IMG/VR virus record: IMGVR_UViG_3300037384_000074
Coordinates: 84,112-136,484 of that record
DNA length: 52,373 nucleotides
Reading direction: 5' to 3' (one strand)
From: a virus
Taxonomy: Duplodnaviria; Heunggongvirae; Uroviricota; Caudoviricetes
Position 1 is the stretch's first letter; each line of letters starts with the position of its first letter. Both the position numbers and the translations under genes were made by a program. Positions 25,869-33,598 of the stretch are shown in pieces. The notes beneath the pieces were generated by a model that was given only the letters and a program-made list of their open reading frames with translations, did no database searches and had not been told where the DNA came from.

Positions 25869-25940
25869 CTGGATCGGCAGGATTCGAACCTACATCTTTC
25901 AAGTTAACAGCTTGGAGCATTACCGTTATGCTACGATCCA
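25869..25940 (-). tRNA. tRNA-Asn(GUU)
   Basis: TGGATCG/CGATCCA acceptor, CTGTTAA loop; abuts tRNA-Glu, CCA not encoded. Confidence 0.88.
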
Positions 25941-25951
25941 AAAGGCACTTT

Positions 25952-26036
25952 TGGAGGAATGCAACAGAATCGAACTGTACACCTATCGGTGCGAACTCTT
26001 TAGCAAAGAGTCTTGGTCCCAGACACACTACATTCC
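25952..26036 (-). tRNA. tRNA-Ser(GCU), 8/4 configuration
   Basis: GGAATGTA/TGCATTCC 8 bp, ACAG/CTGT 4-bp T stem, TTGCTAA loop, long V arm, CCA. Confidence 0.8.
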
Positions 26037-26050
26037 ACGTCTCTTCTCAG

Positions 26051-26138
26051 CGGAGGGTAGGCAGAATCGAACTCCTGGCCACTTAAGGCTCCAGCGGTTT
26101 TCAAGGCCGCGTGCACATCCCCGGTACAATTACCCTCC
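26051..26138 (-). tRNA. tRNA-Ser(UGA), 8/4-like, inside extended flanking stem
   Basis: GGAGGGTA/TACCCTCC, CTTGAAA loop, long V arm, no encoded CCA. Confidence 0.75.
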
Positions 26139-26200
26139 GCTCAGAAGAGCTATATCTAGGTGAGCAGAGCACTGCTCTATAGTAGCCTAGTCCACTTTAA

Positions 26201-26277
26201 TGGTTGCGATGCCTCAGGATTGAGCTGAGTTTTTTCGGCGCATGAAGCCGATGAGATGACCACACCTCCCGCCCGCA
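26201..26277 (-). tRNA. Atypical tRNA with CAU anticodon (Met/Ile2-like)
   Basis: TCGGC-TTCATGC-GCCGA, CTCAG-CTCAATC-CTGAG, CCA; bulged acceptor. Confidence 0.6.
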
Positions 26278-26332
26278 TCAGATTAGTTTGTGAGATACTT
26301 ATCTCTTAATTGTCTCGATATGTCAACAATTA

Positions 26333-26839
26333 TTATTCTTTCCACTGAGTTTTACGAGAGTTTTTCCAGTTACGATCGTAATGATCGGACCGATTGATAT
26401 CGTCATAAGAGGTACGAAGGTTCCTACGAGTCCTCACATTGAAACCATCAAGCTCCTCAAAATCAATGTTCTGATTCTGACGACGCTCATTGGTGGTGCG
26501 AACCCGCCGATACCAATGTCCCCATCTACGTCCACCAATGCCCGGAACGGGCCCGCGACGAAATTCGTAGTTCTTAGTACGTCGAAACTTAGGATTCAAC
26601 CTAGAGTCACGAGCCTTATCATAGGCTCGCTGAATCGTTTCGATCGGCACAGGGAGGTGCAGGTCATCATAAACAACCAGCGGATCGCCCAGTCTAAAAC
26701 TGTAATCGAACATCCCACGCCAGTGATTACGAAGGAAGCCATATTTCAGTCTGGAAACGTCATACCAATTGTGTTGGATAACATCATTCAGCGTTTTATG
26801 CTCAGAAACGCCATGGTAGTAGTGCTTTACGGTGTACAT
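26333..26839 (-). CDS. Conserved-looking basic phage hypothetical protein
   Basis: RRGPVPG, RTTNERR, YDDI.RS...RNWK..RKTQW. Confidence 0.65.
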   Translation of the reverse strand: MYTVKHYYHGVSEHKTLNDVIQHNWYDVSRLKYGFLRNHWRGMFDYSFRLGDPLVVYDDLHLPVPIETIQRAYDKARDSRLNPKFRRTKNYEFRRGPVPGIGGRRWGHWYRRVRTTNERRQNQNIDFEELDGFNVRTRRNLRTSYDDINRSDHYDRNWKNSRKTQWKE

Positions 26840-26894
26840 TTAGTCCTCCATCGATGTAACTTAATCGACGGCGAACTTAGGATCCTTACCCATG

Positions 26895-27227
26895 TTAATT
26901 CCTCACAAAATAGGTTATCGTGCGAATTTCTCGGTCAGATCTCGAATCTGGCTCGAGCTTTCTATACACCTTTTCAGCATCAGTCAACGAATCTCGTGAA
27001 TTGATATTACCCACGAATCCATATTTAGGCATCTTGGTGAATTCACCAGACGAATTATATAATACACGCTTGAGACTAGCATATTCAAATGGAAAATCAA
27101 GTGCAAAGGTTTCTAGCTTTGCTTCGTCGATCATAAACACATTTGAATAATATTTTCGAGGAGTATTATCCGAGTCCCACTTACAAGGAATCTGTTCAGT
27201 TACCTTGAAAATAATAGGCTCACGCAT
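26895..27227 (-). CDS. Hypothetical protein
   Basis: Coupled to upstream ORF. Confidence 0.55.
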   Translation of the reverse strand: MREPIIFKVTEQIPCKWDSDNTPRKYYSNVFMIDEAKLETFALDFPFEYASLKRVLYNSSGEFTKMPKYGFVGNINSRDSLTDAEKVYRKLEPDSRSDREIRTITYFVRN

Positions 27228-27852
27228 GGATCACATTGTGGTCGAGATCGAAGCCAAGATAATTGCGAACATATCGGAACAGAGTAGACATCGAGTCCAC
27301 TTCATATGAACCGAAGTTCTTGCCACGAGGTGAATGTGTCGGATTGCCGATCACTGCCATGTAAGCATCGTTATGGATCTTATGAGGAACGAAAATATCA
27401 CCCATCGATCGTACGATGAACTCAACCTTGTCCTGAATCTTGGCAATTTTCATTGCAGCAACGTTGAACTTCTTGTTCCATCCATGGGCCGCCTTACTCT
27501 TGCCATACTCACCCTTGACATACGCTCGCTCGCGACCCACGAACATCCAATCATTGTCAGGCATCTGATTGAGTAGGTCCATTTTGGCTTTAGCTGCACT
27601 CTCAGAGTCCGGATAGACCTCTGCGATTTCAGATCGCTCCCAACCCTTATAATCGGTGTTGATCAGAGCCATCATAAAGCCGCCAATACTGGCTTTGCCT
27701 TCGCCATTCTTAATCTTAGCGTATTCGCTTTTGGCTCTTCCATAGTTTGCCCTAAGCGAACTCGATATTTCGAACTTCGGGCCTACGTTATATCCTCCGA
27801 TATAATAGAGCTTGAATTCATTGTGGGTGTATAGAACGAGCTTCTGTTCCAT
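27220..27852 (-). CDS. Hypothetical protein
   Basis: SD AAGGAG upstream. Confidence 0.65.
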   Translation of the reverse strand: MEQKLVLYTHNEFKLYYIGGYNVGPKFEISSSLRANYGRAKSEYAKIKNGEGKASIGGFMMALINTDYKGWERSEIAEVYPDSESAAKAKMDLLNQMPDNDWMFVGRERAYVKGEYGKSKAAHGWNKKFNVAAMKIAKIQDKVEFIVRSMGDIFVPHKIHNDAYMAVIGNPTHSPRGKNFGSYEVDSMSTLFRYVRNYLGFDLDHNVIHA

Positions 27853-28018
27853 ATCGACTCCTTAAATATAGGGAGCTCAGCGCTCCACCTATTAACATGA
27901 TTGCCAGAGCATAATCCGTTAGCACACTCATGAAATCAACGGTAAGTGCCAGAAAAATCCCAACAAAAATATACCACCCTAGTGGTACAGGATTTGGATC
28001 CATGATGTTCTCTAAGGT

Positions 28019-28112
28019 TGGTGGCTATGCTAGGAATCGAACCTAGGCCGCGCCCTAATCCGGGGCATACCTCGTTTATAAAACGAGCGCACTACCATTA
28101 TGCTACATAGCT
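28019..28112 (-). tRNA. tRNA-Ile(UAU) with long variable arm
   Basis: CTCGT-TTTATAA-ACGAG, 24-nt V region with GCCC/GGGC stem, CCA. Confidence 0.75.
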
Positions 28113-28122
28113 AAAAAGAATT

Positions 28123-28280
28123 TGGATCCGCCTCGAGGATTCGAACCTCAAAAATAATGGCATAGATCGGGAGGCTGGACTCGAACCAACATAACCTTCA
28201 CGGTCTCTGCAATCAGAATGCAGGATGTTACCATTACACCACTCCCGATCTATGCCATCACAATATTCCACCAAGGCGGA
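28123..28280 (-). ncRNA. tRNA-like shell (acceptor + T arm + CCA) enclosing another tRNA
   Basis: TCCGCCT/AGGCGGA-T-CCA, TGAGG-TTCGAAT-CCTCG; anticodon arm replaced by a long stem holding tRNA-Gln. Confidence 0.6.
28166..28248 (-). tRNA. tRNA-Gln(CUG) with long variable arm, nested
   Basis: TCGGGAG/CTCCCGA, CTGCA-TTCTGAT-TGCAG, GTTGG-TTCGAGT-CCAGC; followed by CTA not CCA. Confidence 0.72.
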
Positions 28281-28284
28281 TCAA

Positions 28285-28374
28285 TGGTGGGTTTTGAGGG
28301 AATTGAACCCATCGCCACCCTTCTGTCTATTATCAAGGCAACCGTTTTACAGACGGCCGACAGAGACAGAACCC
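28285..28374 (-). tRNA. D-armless tRNA-Tyr(GUA)-like RNA
   Basis: GCCGT-CTGTAAA-ACGGT, TTCAATT loop, ACCA end; no D stem, long V region. Confidence 0.6.
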
Positions 28375-28382
28375 ATTGTTAT

Positions 28383-28811
28383 TTATAGCGTATATATCAC
28401 GAAGACAACATTATATTTGTCTTCAATCTCACAGTAAATTGGCTCCACTTCTTCCCACGTTAATCCACCAAGCCCACATCCAATCTTAGGACTTGCGATT
28501 ACTGTAGCGAATGTACTCTCGATAAAATCGACGAGAGCGTCGTAAATCCATTCCACCTGAGCATATTGACCGATAAGACCATAACCTGACTGGGTTAATA
28601 GATTCCCAATCACGTATCCTCTTTCGTCATGCGCAATTATCGCTTGACCAAGAGCTTTGGTCTTATATTCTGATATATATTGGGTATACGCGTTAGGAAA
28701 CGCCTGGCGGATAGCCTTCGCGACTCCCTTATTGAACACACCTTTATCATTGCAACCATGCACAATGAATTCAAGATGAGTGTTGGTGATATCTCCAGAA
28801 AAATATTCCAT
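28383..28811 (-). CDS. Macrodomain (ADP-ribose binding/hydrolase) protein
   Basis: GDIT, IVHGCN..G.F.KGVAKAI...FP, SPKIGCGLGGL.W. Confidence 0.92.
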   Translation of the reverse strand: MEYFSGDITNTHLEFIVHGCNDKGVFNKGVAKAIRQAFPNAYTQYISEYKTKALGQAIIAHDERGYVIGNLLTQSGYGLIGQYAQVEWIYDALVDFIESTFATVIASPKIGCGLGGLTWEEVEPIYCEIEDKYNVVFVIYTL

Positions 28812-28992
28812 AGATTATATCACAATTAATGTGAGCGCTAAAGAAACCAGCACCAACATTATAACAAGCCTCCAAGTAGCAAGCCTCATAACAATCCCCT
28901 GACTCAGCTCGTTTCAATATCTTCATAATCGAAGAAGAATGAACTGAGCTCGAAAATGATTATCACTCCCAATACCATTACTACAAGGTAAA

Positions 28993-29307
28993 TCATGTCC
29001 ACGGAGAATCGCGATTAGGGTCATGAAGAGCTTCATGAAGCATTTTGACCTTTTCATTGGCCTTCTTCAGTGCCAACTGAAGGTTTGCGTTCTGCTCGTT
29101 TAGATCAGCAATCTCTTCAAGAATCGCATGTTCTTGATCGAGCACTTTTCTCATGATCGAGCAGATCTTTTCTAGCTCAGAGCGACTCGGAATCCATTTT
29201 GGAACGGACAATTTTGAATACGCGTCCACTACAGACGAAACTGCTTCCGTCCGCACAGTAAGGATATCGTCGATGTTCTTACGCATAAAGAAACGCACTT
29301 TCTCCAA
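28993..29307 (-). CDS. Hypothetical coiled-coil protein
   Basis: Heptad pattern in C-terminal half. Confidence 0.5.
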   Translation of the reverse strand: MEKVRFFMRKNIDDILTVRTEAVSSVVDAYSKLSVPKWIPSRSELEKICSIMRKVLDQEHAILEEIADLNEQNANLQLALKKANEKVKMLHEALHDPNRDSPWT

Positions 29308-29323
29308 GTTGTTCTAAACGTTA

Positions 29324-30061
29324 TCACGTTTTCATCAGAATGTCAACTGAAGTGCGATTGCGGCCATGCCGTTTGAGGATTGTAGATTCGAAAAAACGAA
29401 GTCCATATAATTTTGCAGTCGCAATAAGTGAACTCGCTTCGTAATCCAGAAATTCGATCAGTAGGATCATATATGTCGTTAGCCATTCAGGACCATGACC
29501 TTCAAGCGCGTCCATATCTGAATTTAGGAACGCATCGAAAATAATTACATGAGCCAGCTCATGTACCATGATTGAAGGTTTCATGTGGTTTGCGATTATG
29601 CTGATCGAATAACCGCGCTGTAGTGATTGCGTACCCTTATTCGGAAAAATCAGCCGACATTCATCCTCAGGTAGCTCGAAATGTTCAACTACGTCATCGA
29701 ATATCTTCTTGAGAGCAAAGTCGGGGACGATGTCGTCATCATCTACGAAAATTCGATCTTCCCACTCATAGACGGCTTTCCTCTGACGATCTGGCATGGT
29801 GAGTCCCTGATATTCACGTTTTTTGAAAGCGAAGTGTTCTGACGGCGTATTAAGTTTCGTAATTGCTTCCTCAAGTGAATCTACACTCGCCAGAGGTTCG
29901 CAACGCGGGGAACTCAATTTCTTAAACCAGCATATATCATATGCTTTTTGACCATTCAACTTAAAATTATCGCTGATTCCTAGGTACCCGTCTGCATAGT
30001 TTACATGGTGGTACCAGTACCGATCGTTATGATCGGTATAATTTCGAGTAATATATATCAT
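29324..30061 (-). CDS. Zincin/SprT-like HExxH protein
   Basis: MVHELAH and EGHGPEW. Confidence 0.65.
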   Translation of the reverse strand: MIYITRNYTDHNDRYWYHHVNYADGYLGISDNFKLNGQKAYDICWFKKLSSPRCEPLASVDSLEEAITKLNTPSEHFAFKKREYQGLTMPDRQRKAVYEWEDRIFVDDDDIVPDFALKKIFDDVVEHFELPEDECRLIFPNKGTQSLQRGYSISIIANHMKPSIMVHELAHVIIFDAFLNSDMDALEGHGPEWLTTYMILLIEFLDYEASSLIATAKLYGLRFFESTILKRHGRNRTSVDILMKT

Positions 30062-30330
30062 TAATTTTAAAGCGCTCGTAAATTAGATGGCAGTAATTCA
30101 TCCCAGATCAACTTTAACTAGGTGGGAGCTGGCCGCTTGATATGCGACATACTGCTAATATTGAGAATGTCTAGACTAGATCATCTAGATTGAATTTCAA
30201 GCTAAATCTCGTCCTCAAACGTCCTAAAAATCGATGCGTTATATACCCCTATCTCAGCGAAACTCAAATCATTGATTTTGCAGGAGAAATAGGAAAAATG
30301 AGTTTTTGGAGGAATTTTCGGATTTTTATG

Positions 30331-30359
30331 TTGACGTGGAGACGCGGTTGGCCTAATCT
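30331..30359 (+). promoter_or_regulatory. Sigma70-type early promoter
   Basis: TTGACG-N17-TAATCT. Confidence 0.65.
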
Positions 30360-30408
30360 CCACTCATCAGATCGGGGTTAACCAACCCAAACAACCAGGA
30401 GAACTACA

Positions 30409-30768
30409 ATGACCAGCAAGATTGAAATCGCCAAGAAGATCTTCGAAGCCAATCAGGGCATCGCCCGTAAGGACATGATCGCCAAGTTCATGTCCGAAGC
30501 CAACCTGACTCAGGCAGGTGCTTCCACCTACTTCGCCAATTTCAAGAAGATCGCTGATATGACCAAGGTCCTCACCAGTGAGACTCCGATGAGCCCGAGC
30601 GAGCAGGAAGCGGCCCATGAGGCGGCGCGTGAGCGGCAGGAAGAGTCCGAGGTCGCTGAAGAGCAGACCAAGAACGAGAAGGTCGTGGAGCAGGTCTTTG
30701 CGAAGGCCGATTCCAAGCCGAAGGCGGTTCGTGGTCCTGGTGGCCGTTTCATCAAGCAGACGGCGTGA
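30409..30768 (+). CDS. Early protein, AGASTY family paralogue 1
   Basis: K.EIA..I....G..RKD.I.......LT.AGASTY domain; SD AGGAG. Confidence 0.8.
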   Translation: MTSKIEIAKKIFEANQGIARKDMIAKFMSEANLTQAGASTYFANFKKIADMTKVLTSETPMSPSEQEAAHEAARERQEESEVAEEQTKNEKVVEQVFAKADSKPKAVRGPGGRFIKQTA

Positions 30769-30869
30769 AAAGAATCAAGTCCATGAGCGGTTGTTTTAGC
30801 GATTAGAAGCGTTATATAACCGCTCATGAGGCTGATCAAAGCCGATTAACAGTAAACAGGAGTACGATT

Positions 30870-31229
30870 ATGCAGACGAAGGTTGAAATTGCTCGCGAAA
30901 TCATGCAGAAGAATCCTGGCGTTCGTCGGAAGGATCTCATCGGCATGCTGATGGACAAGGCTGATCTCACCCATGCTGGTGCGTCAACCTACATCCACAA
31001 TATCCGACACGGAAACGCAAAGGGCACGAGTGAAACTCGTCGTCCTGGTCGGCCCCGCAAGGATTCCACTGTGATGCCGGCTCTGACGCCCGCTCAGTTG
31101 ACTGAGGCCGTCAAGAACTACGCCGGAGAGCATCCCGATATCGTGATGGAGAATGCTCGTGCGATCGCAGATTCTCCGGCGTTTTCGAATGCGAAGGCTT
31201 CCAGCCGCCGCACTCGTAAGGCTCGCTGA
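30870..31229 (+). CDS. Early protein, AGASTY family paralogue 2
   Basis: Same N-terminal domain plus RRPGRPRK AT-hook-like motif. Confidence 0.8.
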   Translation: MQTKVEIAREIMQKNPGVRRKDLIGMLMDKADLTHAGASTYIHNIRHGNAKGTSETRRPGRPRKDSTVMPALTPAQLTEAVKNYAGEHPDIVMENARAIADSPAFSNAKASSRRTRKAR

Positions 31230-31246
31230 TCAAGCTCAGCGCAATT

Positions 31247-31280
31247 AAAAGGGCGGATCAAACGTTTGATCCGCCCTTTT
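31247..31280. terminator. Perfect 34-bp palindrome terminator
   Basis: AAAAGGGCGGATCAAAC-GTTTGATCCGCCCTTTT. Confidence 0.85.
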
Positions 31281-31349
31281 TCTTTGTCTGGACGTTGACC
31301 TTAAATCCAGGATATGCTAATATCTTTTATCAACTGAGGAGTACTTCAA

Positions 31350-31754
31350 ATGACCAAGCTTGAAATCGCCCGTCAGATCTTCCTTGCTTCTCCTGGCCTC
31401 GTTCGCAAGGATATGATCAAGAAGTTCGTTGCCGAAGTTGGTATGACCGAAGCTGGTGCGTCGACGTACTACGCAAAGATCAAGTCTGAGACGAAAGACA
31501 TCGTCGGCGAACTCAAGCCGCTCAAGAGCACTGAACAGCTCAAGCAGGAAATTGCTGAAGGTAAGGTCAAGGTCACTGTGTTCGGTAAGAAGGATTCTTC
31601 TGAGGTTGAATCCGCCACCAAGGCTATCGAGATCAAGGAAGTTCGTTACGTCGGTATTCCGATGATCAACGGAAAGCCTGGTCACTCGAACTACACTGAG
31701 CGTTTCGAGAATGGCGTTCTGTTTCGCACTGCTCATGGCTATCAGGCTTCGTGA
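31350..31754 (+). CDS. Early protein, AGASTY family paralogue 3
   Basis: Same domain; TTGACC-N17-TAATAT promoter and ATCAACTGAGGAG leader. Confidence 0.8.
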   Translation: MTKLEIARQIFLASPGLVRKDMIKKFVAEVGMTEAGASTYYAKIKSETKDIVGELKPLKSTEQLKQEIAEGKVKVTVFGKKDSSEVESATKAIEIKEVRYVGIPMINGKPGHSNYTERFENGVLFRTAHGYQAS

Positions 31755-31793
31755 ACCACAGGAGATTCAAAGATGGAACTGTAGGAGAGTGAA

Positions 31794-32087
31794 ATGTTGC
31801 CGCACGAATATGCTCAAGAGCTCGAATTCTATTATGGAGACGTTGACGGATTCAATCCTTCCTATTCGGCAGTTTACATGTTTGTCAACTTCGGATTTGA
31901 AGACTCTCATATCCTTTTCATACTCGAAAAAGAAGGGCAATATTATGAGTTGGAGGAATTCTGCGGGCCAATGTGTGAATATGAGCCCCGCCAATGGAAT
32001 CCGCAACGAATACACTACGACTACGCGATCCAGCGCATGATTGAGATTGAGGGTGATATTCAACGAGGGTATCTGCCAGAGCAATGA
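31794..32087 (+). CDS. Hypothetical acidic protein
   Basis: SD AGGAG upstream. Confidence 0.55.
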   Translation: MLPHEYAQELEFYYGDVDGFNPSYSAVYMFVNFGFEDSHILFILEKEGQYYELEEFCGPMCEYEPRQWNPQRIHYDYAIQRMIEIEGDIQRGYLPEQ

Positions 32088-32119
32088 AAAGGGATCTCAA
32101 ATAATTGATAAGGGATCAG

Positions 32120-33562
32120 ATGAAGACAGTCAGATTTATTGAGAACGCAGTTAAAGTTCACGGCAACAAATATTCGTATACTGATTCGATCTACGAATCC
32201 ATCCATAAGAAATTGGATATAATTTGTCCAGAACACGGTAAGTTCTCAGTAACTCCTGCGAATCACGTTAATAACGGTTCTGGCTGCCCCCAATGCTCTC
32301 GGATATTCGATTCTAAGAACAAGACGCATTCACTTGACAAGTTCATAGAGAAAGCGCGGCGGAAGCACGGTGATCGGTACGATTATTCACTCGTGAAATA
32401 TGTCAATGCAAAGACAAAAGTGGAAATCACATGCCCTGATCATGGATCGTTCTGGCAGGAGCCAAACTCTCATACAAGCACTGGAGTTGGATGTCCTGAA
32501 TGCGGCTTGTTAGCCGCATCAATCAAACTTCGTGGGTCTAATGACGACTTCGTGGATCGATCTAAAATCATCCACGGATCGTATAACTATGAAACTACTG
32601 AATATATCAACACTAACACGAAGGTGGAAATCACGTGCCCAGAACATGGGTCGTTCTGGCAGACTCCTAGCAATCATCTTCACTTGAAGCATGGATGTCC
32701 TAAATGTGTTGCAGTCAAGGAATCAAATGGCGAGAAAGAACTCGTCAGTTTTGTAATGTCACTTACGTCTGAGGAAGTGATTCTACACGATCGATCGCTT
32801 CTCGGCCGCAGTGAGGTCGATATTTATATCCCATCTTTAAAGGTTGCTTTCGAATATAATGGGATGTACTGGCATAGCGACATCCACGATCGAATCACTC
32901 GCAATTATCACTACAATAAGTGGAAGCAGCTATCTGACCAAGGAATTAGGCTGATCTCAGTGTATGAGAATGTATGGAAGGATCGTAATGATCAGATCAA
33001 ATCGATCATTCGAAATGCACTCGGAACTAATCCGGATAAGGTAGCTGCACGCAAATGTGATATCAAAAGAATCGATAATGGTAGGCAATTCTTCATCGAT
33101 AATCACATTCAAGGATATGCTCGATCATCCGATACGTATGGACTATTTTATGGAGATAATCTAGTAGCAGCTCTATCGATCAGTAAGCCGAGGTTTCGCA
33201 ATGACTTCGATTGGGAGATTATCCGTTTCGCCACCAATCTTAATACAACAGTGATAGGTGGTTATTCGAGGCTTCTAAATCACGTCTTCAAAATGCATCC
33301 CGGATCTTATATATCATACTCGAATAATGATTATTATACCGGTAGTACATATCAAGCTGCGGGATTTGAGAATGTTGGCCAGACTGGACCAGGGTACTTC
33401 TATTGGAAAGGTGGATCAGGAATTCCATTTTCGATTAAAACACGGTTCCAGGCAAGAAATCGTGATAAATCGATCCCTGAAGACGTATATATGAAGTCAG
33501 TGGGGTATCTTAGAATATTCGACTGCGGAAATACCGTTTGGACAAAAGAAAAGGCGGGTTAA
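32120..33562 (+). CDS. Hef-like homing endonuclease (DUF723-like Zn repeats + Vsr/PD-(D/E)XK-like nuclease + GNAT-like C-terminus)
   Basis: Three HG..Y.Y....Y.N...KV.I.CP.HG.F.Q....H....GCP.C repeats; EVDIYIP..KVAFEYNG.YWHS; ARKC...NH.QG...IFDCG. Confidence 0.8.
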   Translation: MKTVRFIENAVKVHGNKYSYTDSIYESIHKKLDIICPEHGKFSVTPANHVNNGSGCPQCSRIFDSKNKTHSLDKFIEKARRKHGDRYDYSLVKYVNAKTKVEITCPDHGSFWQEPNSHTSTGVGCPECGLLAASIKLRGSNDDFVDRSKIIHGSYNYETTEYINTNTKVEITCPEHGSFWQTPSNHLHLKHGCPKCVAVKESNGEKELVSFVMSLTSEEVILHDRSLLGRSEVDIYIPSLKVAFEYNGMYWHSDIHDRITRNYHYNKWKQLSDQGIRLISVYENVWKDRNDQIKSIIRNALGTNPDKVAARKCDIKRIDNGRQFFIDNHIQGYARSSDTYGLFYGDNLVAALSISKPRFRNDFDWEIIRFATNLNTTVIGGYSRLLNHVFKMHPGSYISYSNNDYYTGSTYQAAGFENVGQTGPGYFYWKGGSGIPFSIKTRFQARNRDKSIPEDVYMKSVGYLRIFDCGNTVWTKEKAG

Positions 33563-33575
33563 CCCGCCTTTTCTT
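33546..33575. terminator. Perfect 30-bp palindrome, bidirectional terminator after gp23
   Basis: AAGAAAAGGCGGGTT-AACCCGCCTTTTCTT. Confidence 0.85.
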
Positions 33576-33598
33576 AATCTTGCTAACCTGTTGATAAC

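Noticed and set aside
26051-26138. Possible selenocysteine tRNA (long acceptor, long D stem)
   Set aside because: The anticodon is UGA (reads UCA, Ser); tRNA-Sec requires a UCA anticodon
26381-27004. 207-aa plus-strand ORF (and similar long antisense ORFs such as 2869..3504, 9894..10400, 33616..33945)
   Set aside because: Fully overlap better-supported genes on the other strand or frame; no motifs or SD
27611-27618. Third GATAGAC occurrence
   Set aside because: Only a 2-bp stem, lies antisense within a coding region, no SD hairpin follows
30060-30330. Possible replication origin or ORF 30190..30381 at the strand switch
   Set aside because: AT-rich with short TCTAGA repeats but no iterons or clear SD; best explained as a divergent promoter region
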